Shown in pieces: positions 11,290 through 21,600 of a stretch of 64,000 nt of DNA. The translations under genes and the position numbers were made by a program. Source of the DNA: Candidatus Bathyarchaeota archaeon (GTDB taxonomy: Archaea > Thermoproteota > Bathyarchaeia > Bathyarchaeales > Bathycorpusculaceae); contig CAWHDT010000003.1 of NCBI GenBank assembly GCA_963828195.1, positions 352,001-416,000 of the forward strand. Direction: 5' to 3'. The notes under the pieces are model-generated. The model did no database searches, was not told the origin of the DNA, and worked only from the letters and a program-made list of their open reading frames with translations. Every line of letters starts with the position of its first letter. Position 1 is the stretch's first letter.

Positions 11290-12374
11290 TCTTGAATTTC
11301 CTGCAACTTCTCGTTAAGAAAGACTTTTCCGAAAACAAGCCTCTTAGGCTTAGCTGAAACTGCGGTTTGAACTTTTAAGGCTCTTCTCACATGGTTAATT
11401 TCACGCAAAACTCCGATTCCTAAAAATTTGCTTTTAGAACCGTATAACCCCACAAGAAGTCCCTTCTCTGGCTCTTGATATTTTGGAAGAGCATATCTGG
11501 GTTCAATCGTCACATAACCTATTGGGTAGTTACGGAGCCTCGCGTTTTTCATATATCGTGCATAAGTCATTTCGCGTAGGCTTCTGCGTTTTTCGGCACT
11601 TCGTTGATTAAGAAAAGAAGAAGGCTCGACAATAATTGGTGGATTGTCATCTAAGTAAGCAATAAGAGACCTAAGTTCATCTTCAACTTGCACGGCGACT
11701 ATAACGTCTGGTTTTAGTTCTTTGATTAATTGCGTTTTGTAGCTTACAGCAATATCGCCTGTCACCCAGCCATCGGTATTAACTATCACAAAATCTACTG
11801 GCCTTTCTAAAATCTCAGCCTTCATAGCGGCTAAGCCTTCGACCGTTTTTGCTATTGCCATTATCGGTGAGGTAACGCCCATGAAAAAAGCGTTCTGAAG
11901 CTTCAAATTGTACAATTCTGTAATTGGCTTGGAAATTATCGCGTAACCCACAGTTCCTGAGGGTCCAATGTCTGATTGACCTAAATCGCCGTCTAAAAGA
12001 GCAACCCTGCATTTTCCGTCAACCAACTTATTTACTAAATAAGTGCAGTAGCTGCTTTTTCCAGAATCAATTTTTCCCAAAAGCAAAACAACAACTGGCT
12101 TCTTCTGCATACTCAAAATTGCTTCAAGAGGTGTATTCCATGACACTGGAATCGTGTTACCTTCAACTTCTTCAACGCATGCGTTTGGTCCTAACGAAAC
12201 GTCAAGAACCGTTTTTTCAAGAGCAAAAAATGGCAGACGCTTTCCTTCACGAACCAGGATTTTCACAGCTTGCTTTAATTGATAGCCGAACATTTCAGCC
12301 TTGCCAGAAACAACGCATACAGATGCGGGACCATCCACGAGCAATGTCTTATTGGATTCAACTGTTTGCTGCAA
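11286..12374 (-). CDS. Clp1/Grc3-family polynucleotide 5'-kinase
   Basis: GKIDSGKS, DGDLGQSDIGP and VNTDGWV motifs. Confidence 0.9.
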   Translation of the reverse strand: MQQTVESNKTLLVDGPASVCVVSGKAEMFGYQLKQAVKILVREGKRLPFFALEKTVLDVSLGPNACVEEVEGNTIPVSWNTPLEAILSMQKKPVVVLLLGKIDSGKSSYCTYLVNKLVDGKCRVALLDGDLGQSDIGPSGTVGYAIISKPITELYNLKLQNAFFMGVTSPIMAIAKTVEGLAAMKAEILERPVDFVIVNTDGWVTGDIAVSYKTQLIKELKPDVIVAVQVEDELRSLIAYLDDNPPIIVEPSSFLNQRSAEKRRSLREMTYARYMKNARLRNYPIGYVTIEPRYALPKYQEPEKGLLVGLYGSKSKFLGIGVLREINHVRRALKVQTAVSAKPKRLVFGKVFLNEKLQEIQD

Positions 12375-13008
12375 TCATTTTCCTCCTCCTTGGAAAAATA
12401 TAGCCTGTTCTTGCAGCAATCCGTATCGCTGAAGAAATATGCCTGATTCTTCGGCTACGCCTGTTATTTTTTAGGGGTAAGTTGGTTCCCGCCTCATTCA
12501 CAACTTCCAGCACGATGTCTGGTGGCAAAGCATCATCTAAGGCTTCAACTAAATCTTTGTAAACAGGAACACCATTCCCAATTTTTACGGAAACACTTGT
12601 CACTTTGGAATTAACAATTCTTATCGTTTTGATTATGCTGTTAATTACCTCTTGCGTGCTAAAGCAGTTATTTTCTTCGATAACTTTTCCATCGGCAATT
12701 GCTGCCAACCCAATCGCTGCACCTGGGTCAATGCCGATTGAGATTTTTTCGTAGGCTTCTTTTCCCTGAAGTATGCGCTTTACCTCGTTAACCAAATTGT
12801 CCAGTTCACTTTCGCTTGCTAAGATTAGTATGTTTTCATTTTTCACTAAATGCTTCTCACGCTCGGTTGTTATTACCGCTTTTACTTCTGCAGGCACAAA
12901 CTGTCCTGGAACTAAACTTATGAAGGGAACACCTTGCTCCCTCAGCCCGTTTACGATTAGAAAGTAAGCTTTACCCTCAACTGTGGCTACTGCAACTTTT
13001 TCCTTCAA
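12358..13008 (-). CDS. Conserved archaeal protein with RNase H-like (YqgF/RuvC-like) motif
   Basis: ISIGIDPG, VKIGNG, VNEAGT; overlaps the clp1 start. Confidence 0.65.
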   Translation of the reverse strand: MKEKVAVATVEGKAYFLIVNGLREQGVPFISLVPGQFVPAEVKAVITTEREKHLVKNENILILASESELDNLVNEVKRILQGKEAYEKISIGIDPGAAIGLAAIADGKVIEENNCFSTQEVINSIIKTIRIVNSKVTSVSVKIGNGVPVYKDLVEALDDALPPDIVLEVVNEAGTNLPLKNNRRSRRIRHISSAIRIAARTGYIFPRRRKMIAANS

Positions 13009-13093
13009 TAAATCAACCTTAATAGTATACGTTTAAGTGCAAAACACATTATTAGTTTCAAGTTTATAATCTTGACGCGAAAAAGGGTAAAAC

Positions 13094-13789
13094 ATGATTA
13101 CAATCAACACTGGGTCCCAATGTATCGACAGCAACATCGGCGGGGGCATTTCACCTGAAAGTGTCACTTTAATTTATGGCGAACCCGAAACTGGAAAAAC
13201 AACTTTAGCAATACAATGCACTGTTAGTTGTGCATTACAAAACTACAAAACACTCTTTGTAGACTGCGATAACACTTTCTCAACAAAAAGGCTCTCACAA
13301 CTCTCCGCTGATAAATTCGACCAAATCGCTGAACAAGTCATTTTAATTAAACCTAAGGATTTCCGTGAACAAATGGCAGTTATAGATTGCATTCAAGATT
13401 ACACATCAAAAAATTTCGGGCTAATAATAGTTGACACCTTCACATCTTTATACGGAGCAAAAGTTGCTGAGTCCTCTGGGAAAGCTTTCAGCGTTAACCG
13501 TGAATTAAACAGACAATTAGCAATATTGGCGCAAACAGCAAAAATCCGAAAAATCCCGGTTATTATCGTTAGTCAAGTGAGAAGCGTTTTTGATGACCCA
13601 AACGTCAGTGTCGCACCCGTTGCAAACAGAGTTTTAAAATTCTGGGCTGACACAATAATCGCCATGAAACCCATCGATTACCCCCAAACAATCAAAGTTA
13701 ACCTTGAAACACGGAGCAACAAGCAAGAAGTTACTTGTTATCTACAAATAGGTGAAACAGGAATAAAAGATACTGAATTCCGCGAATGA
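13094..13789 (+). CDS. radB: RadB-like RecA-family ATPase
   Basis: GEPETGKTT Walker A, IIVD Walker B, short length with no RadA N-terminal domain. Confidence 0.8.
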   Translation: MITINTGSQCIDSNIGGGISPESVTLIYGEPETGKTTLAIQCTVSCALQNYKTLFVDCDNTFSTKRLSQLSADKFDQIAEQVILIKPKDFREQMAVIDCIQDYTSKNFGLIIVDTFTSLYGAKVAESSGKAFSVNRELNRQLAILAQTAKIRKIPVIIVSQVRSVFDDPNVSVAPVANRVLKFWADTIIAMKPIDYPQTIKVNLETRSNKQEVTCYLQIGETGIKDTEFRE

Positions 13790-14295
13790 TGGTTGACCTC
13801 ATGGAAATAACCCAATTAATTGTTGAAGCGCTGAAATTTATTTTCCCAGCGTACTGCGCCAACGCCACTCCCGTGCTTGCCGGAGGAGGAACACGAATGG
13901 ATTTCGGAAAGAATTTCTTCGATGGAAAGCGAATCTTTGGAAACAACAAAACTTTCAGAGGCTTCTTCTTCGGCTTGGCAGTCGGCATACTTGTTGGGTT
14001 GATGGAGTGTGTTGTCTTCCGTTTTCCGATCTTATTTGCGGTGTTGATTCCTTTAGGAGCGCTGTTGGGCGATTTGACAGGGGCTTTTTTGAAGCGGCGG
14101 ATCGGAATTGCTCCTGGAGGTTTACTTCCTGTAATTGATCAAATTGACTTTGTAGTTGGAGCAGTCGTGTTTTCGGTTCCTTTAGCCATAATAAACTGGG
14201 AATTGGCAGTTACAGTTTTGCTTATTACTCCGCCTATTCACTTGTTCACTAATTTCTTAGCGTACAAAATGAAACTAAAAAGACACCCGTGGTAA
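13786..14295 (+). CDS. carS: CDP-archaeol synthase
   Basis: PAYCANATP, FGNNKTFRG, GDLTGAFLKRR and DQID motifs. Confidence 0.92.
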   Translation: MMVDLMEITQLIVEALKFIFPAYCANATPVLAGGGTRMDFGKNFFDGKRIFGNNKTFRGFFFGLAVGILVGLMECVVFRFPILFAVLIPLGALLGDLTGAFLKRRIGIAPGGLLPVIDQIDFVVGAVVFSVPLAIINWELAVTVLLITPPIHLFTNFLAYKMKLKRHPW

Positions 14296-14332
14296 AAAGA
14301 AAAAAACTATAGAAAAAAGGAAAAAAGCTGGG

Positions 14333-14758
14333 TCAAGCTCCGCCAGACGTCTTGAAGGCGATTGCGCCTTCTAAGAATATGTACGAAATGAGTAGAAATG
14401 CTACGCCAATGATTAGCATCAGGTAGGCTTGCCTTGGGTTATATGCATTTTTGGTGCTTTGGTAAATGGCAAACAGTCCAAGGAAACCAAAGCCATAAAG
14501 TATTACCGCGATCACGGTGTCAGATATGAATTGTGAACTAATACTTGGATAGAGGAAATAGAAGTTATTGTTAACGTAGGCTGATGGAAGAGGACGCGTA
14601 ATAAGAGTAAACAAGCCACCGCCGAAAAGAAAGATGCAGTAACCAATTCCTACAATGGTTATTAAGAGTGATGAAGGTGTAGTTGTTGAAATTCTGTGGA
14701 ACCAGCGGCTCATCGAAAAGGACATGTTCGACGTGCGCTTCTTTAGTTTATTTGACAT
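14333..14758 (-). CDS. OST3/OST6/OSTC(DC2)-like oligosaccharyltransferase accessory subunit
   Basis: Three TM helices with FLFGGGLFTLITRP...FLYPSISSQFISD...GFLGL pattern resembling recalled eukaryotic OSTC. Confidence 0.6.
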   Translation of the reverse strand: MSNKLKKRTSNMSFSMSRWFHRISTTTPSSLLITIVGIGYCIFLFGGGLFTLITRPLPSAYVNNNFYFLYPSISSQFISDTVIAVILYGFGFLGLFAIYQSTKNAYNPRQAYLMLIIGVAFLLISYIFLEGAIAFKTSGGA

Positions 14759-14907
14759 TGTATTCTCTCCCTTTAATCAGTGTTTTTACTACATCTTTAG
14801 CCCATTATCAGGTTAATGAATTTTTCTGATTCCCAACTAAAAAAACAATCCAAATCCTGCCAGAAGCGTCCTTTCTTAGCTCACCCAACCAAGTTAAGTC
14901 ATTTTCC

Positions 14908-16980
14908 TCAGTTGCAAGTTCCTTTTGAGGGGCAATCGGGATTCAGGCATGATTTCCAAGTCCTTTTCCCTTTCATGTATATACGCAACATTGGGTACCC
15001 ACAATTTTTGCAAGTGACTTTTAGGGGTTTTACTCCGCCAGTTTGAGGCAGCGGAAATGTCACGTTGCATTTTCCTTTGAAATAGTTTGTGCAGCCGACA
15101 AAACGTTTACCTGTTTTTTTGGAACGTAAAATAACTAGTTTTCCATCAGCACACTTTGGGCATGCACCAACTGTTCTTTCTTCAAGACGACCTTTATTCA
15201 AAGCTTGGCTAATTTGAATTCCTATAATGGACTCTTTTTCCTTAAGCTCAGCTAAAACTGGTTTCAAGATTTTAACAGCATTTTGCACCACAACTTCTCT
15301 TGTTTCTTTGCCTTGCTGAATTTCATTCATCTTCTCTTCAAGCTTTCTAGTTAGTTCAGGTGAGATAACAGCTGGACAATACTTTGATAGGATTTCGATG
15401 ACTTCAACGCCAAGGTCAGAAACCGCGAGACTCTTGGTTCCGTTTAGATATTTTCGGGCATACAACGTTTGTATGGTTGCTGCCCTCGTTGCTTTAGTGC
15501 CGATTTCCTCATTTTCCATTTTTAAAAGTAAAGTGCGAGGGTTGTATCTAGCAGGCGGTCTCGTAAAATTGTTTTTCACAGTTACTCTTTTAACTGAGAC
15601 TTTTTGTCCCCGAATTAAGTTGGGCAAAGCTACGTCATTCAGTTGGGCATAAGGTTTGTAAAATTGAAGCCACCCGTCACTTAGCGTTCGAACGCCATTT
15701 AAACGAAAAAGGTTCCCGCAGATACTAATATCTGCTTTCGTCCTTTGGCGGATGGCAGGCTCAGCGAAAACGGATAGGAACCTGCGAACAATAAGATCGA
15801 AAACGTTTCTTTCGCTTGCGCCAAGAGGTTTTTCTGGAAGGTTTCCAGTCGGGTAAATGGCTGGATGCGCAGAATCGGCTTTTTCCCCTTCATTGGGCTT
15901 CAAAACTGGCTGAGCGAGCAAGTAAGATGCAAATTTCTCGCAACCGGGCAGTTTAGTTAGTTTTCTTAATATGTTTCGGTAGTCGATTGTGGGCGGGAGT
16001 TTTTGGCTGCTTGTTCTGGGATACGAGATTAATGCATCCAAGTACAGGTGCTGAGCTATGTTTGAAGTACGAATCGGCATAAAGTGGAAATTTCTGTAAG
16101 CTTCACTTTGTAAAGTTCCCAAGTCAAAAGGCACCGGAGGTTTCTGCTCAAACTCTTCCACAACTGTCGTTTCTATTTGACCTTCTTTGCTTTTGCAGGC
16201 GTCTTTTACTGCCGTTGCTTCTTGGCTGCTTCTGAGGATTTTTTCATATTCAGCTTCGTATGTTGTGTCGTTTATGATTATTTTTGCGGTTATGCTCCAG
16301 AAAGGAGTGGGAACGAAACACTTTATGGTTTTTTCTCGATCTTCTAAAAATTTAAGGGTTGGCCCTTGTACTCAACCGGTGCTCAGTGTAGCGTATTGTC
16401 CGCTGCTTCTTTTCACAGCCATTGTTAAGGCTCTAGACAGGTTTATTCCGTAAAGCCAATCTACCTCATGCCTTGTCAATCCAGCTTCTACAAGAGCAAA
16501 ATCCAAATGCGGCAACAAGTGAGCGTAAGATTGCTGCAGTTCCTCTTTTGTAAGTGTAGAGTATTTCATGCGTTTAGCGGTTTTTTCTTTGCTGCCGCAA
16601 GCATACCTAAGTATGCAGTACCCTATGATGCTGCCTTCAATGTCAAAGTCGCATGCATCCACAAACTCCTCAGCGTTTTCTGCTAACTTTGCAATTACGT
16701 TTAACCAAACACGGATCTTCGATGCACTCCGTTCAGCAAGGTACCTTGGAACCCATTGATAGTCGAAAACTGGATAATCACGTTTAATTTTTTCTTTACT
16801 TGCAACGGTGTAAAGATGCCCAAGGGATGGCACAACAACGACATCGCTCTCTCTGTATGCTTTATAGTATGGAACGCCGTTCTCAACTATTTTTTGAGCT
16901 TTTCCATCTGCGTCCAAAGCCATAGCTATTCTTTTGGCGGCATCGGGTTTTTCAGTTACAATTAATGTGTACTTCCCCAA
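14908..16980 (-). pseudogene. topA: DNA topoisomerase IA (TopA/Topo III) interrupted by one in-frame TGA
   Basis: TOPRIM (EKPDAA, DFDIEG), LSTG*VQGPTL, catalytic ISYPRT and C-terminal Zn ribbons; both ORF pieces share a frame, stop at 16372-16374; may be a base-call error. Confidence 0.85.
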
Positions 16981-17104
16981 AGGCGATTAACCACACACTT
17001 TAACATTCCAATAGACCCACTTAAAATAAACTTTGCAGTTAACTAAGTGCATTATTTAGGAACCAATAAATATGCCATAGCATGTTATTATCGGGGGATT
17101 TGGG

Positions 17105-17278
17105 ATGCCGCAGCGAGTTATTTGCCATGGATGCAATTATGTTTTATATGAAGGCAGCGAACTTAAACCACCAGACGAAATTATTTCGCAAAATGGCGGA
17201 AACTGCCCAAAATGCCATAGGAAACTTTCATTGTTACCCATAGACGTTGAAGTCAAACCCATATTTAAGCGACGATAA
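17105..17278 (+). CDS. Small Zn-ribbon protein (57 aa, not in ORF track)
   Basis: MPQRVICHGC...LKPPDEII...NCPKCHRKL with two CxxC pairs; divergent from topA. Confidence 0.8.
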   Translation: MPQRVICHGCNYVLYEGSELKPPDEIISQNGGNCPKCHRKLSLLPIDVEVKPIFKRR

Positions 17279-17559
17279 ATAAAGTCGCTCCAAAGCTTCG
17301 ATAACTGATCCTGCAAGAGAGCATTAGAAAAGCGACTTAGCGAGAGTATTACAAAAGTAAGTTTATGCTTTGTCTGCCCAAAACAGGGTTCAAAGCTAAA
17401 AATTCTTTTAATATTCTACATTGACTTTTTTGGCCTAACTGGATTTTTTGTTGATTTTAGCTTATTTCGGTTAAAAAATATCTATATAGTTTAGCTATTG
17501 GGTTATATTGCAATATATTTAAATTACTTTAATCACCAAACTATGTTAGTTCATTTTGG

Positions 17560-17583
17560 GGTTCTGGTAACTTCATGGGTGAT
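17560..17583 (+). repeat. Left terminal inverted repeat
   Basis: GGTTCTGGTAACTTCATGGGTGAT. Confidence 0.9.
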
Positions 17584-17703
17584 AAATCTACCTGTTAAGA
17601 ATCGGGTGATAAATCCGCTGTTTTCTGTCTCTCGGAAAAGACCTGTTAATCTTCGGGTGATGACAAGGCTTAAGTCAAGAATCACATAATAAACGATTGG
17701 GGA

Positions 17704-18126
17704 ATGAAAGAACTGTCTCAAAATATTGGAGAGAAAGCGGTTAATTATGTCTTAAATTATCTTAAAGAAACAGAGCACAAAGAAGCAAGGCGATGCAAAA
17801 AAGGCAAGAATGGTGAAGGTGCAGACATAATTTCTGCCGAAGGCAAATACATTGAAGTCAAAGGATGCGACAAAAAAGAAACCAATTTGCGAATTGCACG
17901 ACAATCATTAGAAAAGATTTCTAAAGCAGGTAAACTAAAACAAGATTCTTACTTCATCTACTATGTTTACAACATGGAGAAAGAACCCACTTTAATGATA
18001 TTCGATTATGACACTTATAACAAGAACAAATTTGAAGAGACCAAATTATTAATACAACCGTTTAAAATTGAGAAAGAAACGGGCAAACCTGAGAGAATAA
18101 AACTAAAGAAGATGACTAGCTCATAA
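17704..18126 (+). CDS. Stand-alone PD-(D/E)XK nuclease (DUF3883/NOV-C-like), transposon cargo
   Basis: GEKAV...GADII...YIEVKG catalytic pattern. Confidence 0.7.
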   Translation: MKELSQNIGEKAVNYVLNYLKETEHKEARRCKKGKNGEGADIISAEGKYIEVKGCDKKETNLRIARQSLEKISKAGKLKQDSYFIYYVYNMEKEPTLMIFDYDTYNKNKFEETKLLIQPFKIEKETGKPERIKLKKMTSS

Positions 18127-19252
18127 ATTTTTTGCTCGCATTTTCTATGATGGTTTTCCACTTGTCATTTCCTTCAATGATTATTCCGCAAGCCTCGGCG
18201 GGAGTTTTGCCGTCTAACGCCTCATGAGGTCGAACATAATTATGATAAAGCTGATAGCCCTTGAGAGTAGCCGTATCGTCTTTCTTTAAGCCTCTCATGA
18301 CTTTTTCACGGTCTCTTACCTCGCCGTTCATGCGCTCCATCTTGTTATTGTTCATATCACCTCTTAGTTTTATGGCGTTAATATGCTCTGTTCTTGGAGC
18401 TTTTATGGTAAAAAACTCTTTTTTGTAAGCGTCATGATAAGCTGGAAGACCATCGGTTATGAAGGTCATGGGCTTTTTACCCATCAGTTCCTTAGACATT
18501 CTGAGTAGGTTGCGTGCGTCATGCTTATCTTTTGATTGCGCTACCTCTTGAGCAATCCAAAACCGTGTCTCATCATCCATCATAGCAAACAGATACTTCA
18601 TGTTGCCATTGATTTTAACGTATAACTCATCGGCTCTCCAAGTGTCACTAACGTTAGGCTTCATCTTCTCAAGATAATCAGTCATTAAAGCCGTGTACTT
18701 TGTTATCCACTTCAAAATTGAAACATGACTAATGGTTACGCCTTGTAGCTTTAGGAATTTCTGAACGTTCCTTAGTGACTCACCTGTGAAGTACAGTTGC
18801 ATCGCAGAGGTTATGACTTGAGGCGAAGCTTTCATATTCTCAAAACCAACATTGACGCTAAAGCGTTTGCCACATGCCTTGCACTTGTACCGCTGAAGAT
18901 CATACTTTTTGTTGTGGCGAACGGCATCTTTCACTATTTCTTCAGAGCCACAGTAAACGCATTTTGAAGTGTTCAAGGGCTGAATAACTACGTTGCGTTT
19001 GACTTGCTCCTTCATTTTGATGCTTACTTCTACCGCCACAATGTGCTTGCATTTTAAGTGTCGATAGGTGTGGTCTGGACATTCACAGTGCCATTCACCA
19101 TCAACCTGAAAAATCGCATACTCGCCATTTCCAGATTGTGATTTTACGGTGTAAAAGTTCTCTTCTATACTGATAACTTGACTCTCTTTGGATTGAGCAA
19201 TTACTAATCCTCTTTCTTCACGGACTTTTTCAAGTGTTTCAAGGCTCATCAT
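18116..19252 (-). CDS. IS6-family DDE transposase with N-terminal SWIM finger and Zn ribbon
   Basis: SWIM CECPDH..CKH; CVYC...CKAC; HTH SLRNVQ; WRADE, ITDG and NNNKMERMN catalytic triad. Confidence 0.92.
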   Translation of the reverse strand: MMSLETLEKVREERGLVIAQSKESQVISIEENFYTVKSQSGNGEYAIFQVDGEWHCECPDHTYRHLKCKHIVAVEVSIKMKEQVKRNVVIQPLNTSKCVYCGSEEIVKDAVRHNKKYDLQRYKCKACGKRFSVNVGFENMKASPQVITSAMQLYFTGESLRNVQKFLKLQGVTISHVSILKWITKYTALMTDYLEKMKPNVSDTWRADELYVKINGNMKYLFAMMDDETRFWIAQEVAQSKDKHDARNLLRMSKELMGKKPMTFITDGLPAYHDAYKKEFFTIKAPRTEHINAIKLRGDMNNNKMERMNGEVRDREKVMRGLKKDDTATLKGYQLYHNYVRPHEALDGKTPAEACGIIIEGNDKWKTIIENASKKFMS

Positions 19253-19280
19253 ATTATATTACCTTCTTGTTTACCCACAA

Positions 19281-19396
19281 TATTACCATATGTCTTACTA
19301 ACTTATAAACATGATGGTAATACGGTAGGTAAACTAAACAAACTTTAAGGTAAACTTATATACCACAATCAAGCCATTTACCATATTGAAGGTAAA
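19281..19396. promoter_or_regulatory. Divergent promoter/operator between transposase and AbrB-like gene
   Basis: Inverted repeat TATTACCAT (19281-19289)/ATGGTAATA (19314-19322) around TTATAAA; AGGTAAA at 19327, 19348 and 19390. Confidence 0.5.
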
Positions 19397-19400
19397 TAAG

Positions 19401-19625
19401 ATGGGCGAATTAACTACCCTTTCAGTAGCAACATCAAAAAAAGAATCTCTCAGAACAACCGTTCCAATGAGTATCCTAAAGCAGTTCAAACTATGTTCAG
19501 GTGATAAACTTGAATGGGAACTAGAAGCACGAAATAACGAATTGATTATTCTAGTAAAACCTGTTAAAAATTCAGAGTCCAAAGTGAACTCTGATTCTAA
19601 AAATTCCACTGAAAATATACGTTAG
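19401..19625 (+). CDS. AbrB/MazE/SpoVT-type DNA-binding protein
   Basis: SLRTTVPMSILKQFKLCSGDKLEW swapped-hairpin signature; ATG at 19401 preferred over TTG at 19386. Confidence 0.85.
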   Translation: MGELTTLSVATSKKESLRTTVPMSILKQFKLCSGDKLEWELEARNNELIILVKPVKNSESKVNSDSKNSTENIR

Positions 19626-19713
19626 TAATTGCCGTAAAACCTTTGAAAAAAGAAAAGTAGTAGAAGAACATATATAGAACTAATAAAAACCCGAAAGGAA
19701 AAATGTAAAAGAA

Positions 19714-21600
19714 ATGAGTCAATTTACCCGCCCCTTAGAATCTGCAACGAGAAAAGAGATAGACTTAGTTCTAAATAGCCTCGGATGGATTACTGACGAA
19801 ACAAAACCAACTTGCAACGTTTTTACTGAAAGAGCAAAAACACTAAATCAAAATGCTAGCTTCAAGGGGAATAATCCTGACTATGTTCTTTATAAATCAG
19901 GCACAGAAGACGACCCAATAGCAATTATTGAAGCGAAAAGGAAAGGTCAAAGTTTAGAAAAGGCTTTAGAACAAGCGATAGAAAAATATGCAAAACCGCT
20001 TGGTGTTTCCTTAGTTTTTGTTTACGATGCCACTTTTATAAGAACATTTGATTTAAGAAGTAAAAAGGAACTTACAATAGATGGAAATAGCTTAAAGCAG
20101 TTAGTTTCCGAAGCAAAACTGCTTCGTTTTCTGAAAACAGGTTCAAATATTGACGAAACTGCCCCTGAAGTAAAACACACTAGAGAAGAATTAATACGAA
20201 TTTTTAAATGGGTGGAAGAACTTCTAAGGCAAGAAGGTTTAAGAAACCTTGACAGGTTTGTTGAGTTTTCTAACTTATTATTCATAAAAATCATAAGCGA
20301 AATCGAAGACGACCGAGAAAAGAAAGGATTGCCTAGACGGTTAGCTAAAGACATATGTTGGGATAGCTTCTGTGATGAAAAAGACCCCAAAAAAATGCTC
20401 AACTACATTAACGATACTGTATTGAAGCAAGGTCTAGCTAAAGAGTATAATCATACTGACGATATTTTCCAAGAGAAATTAAAAATCCAAAATCCCCAAA
20501 CAGTTAAAGAAATAGTAAATAAACTATCCACCTTAACCCTACTCAACACTGAATCAGAGATTAAGGGTGATGCATTTGAGTATTTCCTAAAAAGCATAGC
20601 ATCTGGAAACGATTTAGGCGAATACTTCACCCCACGACATATCGTAAAGCTAATTGTGTCTTTGGTTAACCCAAAGTACGGAAACACCGTTTTAGACCCA
20701 TTTTGTGGAACAGGTGGATTTTTAATCGAAGCGTTTAGGCACCTAAAATCAAACGTAGACGAAAAAGACGAAAACATAGTGAAAGCACTAAAAGAAAAAA
20801 CCATTTTTGGGATTGAACTAACAGACACTTACAAAATAGCAAAAATGAATATGATAATCACTGGTGATGGGCACAACAACATAGTACAAGATGACGCTGC
20901 TAAAAACATTTTTTGGGACAAAATTATCGGTAGTTATAAAGAAAAAGACATAATCGAGGCTTTACAGGTCATAAAAGCTAAGGGGTTCGATGTAGTTTTC
21001 TCAAATATTCCCTATGGGCAACCAACAATTTTCGGAAATACTTATCCCATCCCATCAAATCAGGGCGATAGTGTCTTCATTCAATTCATAATTAAAATGT
21101 TAGGAAAAGATGGGCGATGCGGAGTGATAGTTCCAGAAGGATTACTATTCAGGTCGGAACACAAGAGTTTAAGAGAATATTTGATGCAAGAATGCGACTT
21201 AGAAGCTATCATTTCGTTGCCAAGCGGAGTGTTTTATCCCTATGCAGGTGTAAAAACAGACATTCTAATCTTTAAAAAGGGTAACTCAACTGAAAAAGTT
21301 TGGTTTTACAACGTAGAAAATGATGGATTTGAGCTATCTGCTAAAAGGAAAAAAATTCCAAAAGATGATTTGCCCGATGTTTTAGCCAAATTTCCATTGA
21401 GAGAAAACTCCGCTAAAAGTTTTAGTGTCCTGAAAAAAACTATAGAAAATAACGAGTTTAGACTCAATTTAACAAGTTACATTGAGAATAAAACAGGGGA
21501 ATTGACTTTCAAGTCTCCAATGCAAGTACTTGACGAAATCAATAAAATAGAACTAGAAATCAATAAAGAACTTGAAGTCTTAAACAAGATGATGCAATGA
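19714..21600 (+). CDS. Fused restriction endonuclease-N6 DNA methyltransferase (HsdR_N-like + HsdM-like; type IIB/IIG-like)
   Basis: N-terminal PDYVL...IIEAK nuclease; GEYFTPR, DPFCGTGGF motif I, SNIPYG motif IV variant. Confidence 0.88.
   Translation: MSQFTRPLESATRKEIDLVLNSLGWITDETKPTCNVFTERAKTLNQNASFKGNNPDYVLYKSGTEDDPIAIIEAKRKGQSLEKALEQAIEKYAKPLGVSLVFVYDATFIRTFDLRSKKELTIDGNSLKQLVSEAKLLRFLKTGSNIDETAPEVKHTREELIRIFKWVEELLRQEGLRNLDRFVEFSNLLFIKIISEIEDDREKKGLPRRLAKDICWDSFCDEKDPKKMLNYINDTVLKQGLAKEYNHTDDIFQEKLKIQNPQTVKEIVNKLSTLTLLNTESEIKGDAFEYFLKSIASGNDLGEYFTPRHIVKLIVSLVNPKYGNTVLDPFCGTGGFLIEAFRHLKSNVDEKDENIVKALKEKTIFGIELTDTYKIAKMNMIITGDGHNNIVQDDAAKNIFWDKIIGSYKEKDIIEALQVIKAKGFDVVFSNIPYGQPTIFGNTYPIPSNQGDSVFIQFIIKMLGKDGRCGVIVPEGLLFRSEHKSLREYLMQECDLEAIISLPSGVFYPYAGVKTDILIFKKGNSTEKVWFYNVENDGFELSAKRKKIPKDDLPDVLAKFPLRENSAKSFSVLKKTIENNEFRLNLTSYIENKTGELTFKSPMQVLDEINKIELEINKELEVLNKMMQ

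Noticed and set aside
16372-16374. Selenocysteine or genome-wide TGA reassignment in topA
   Set aside because: The position needs Arg rather than Cys, and TGA ends many other genes here normally.
17498-17689. 63-aa ORF with internal repeats
   Set aside because: It crosses the transposon left junction and reads through the terminal repeats.
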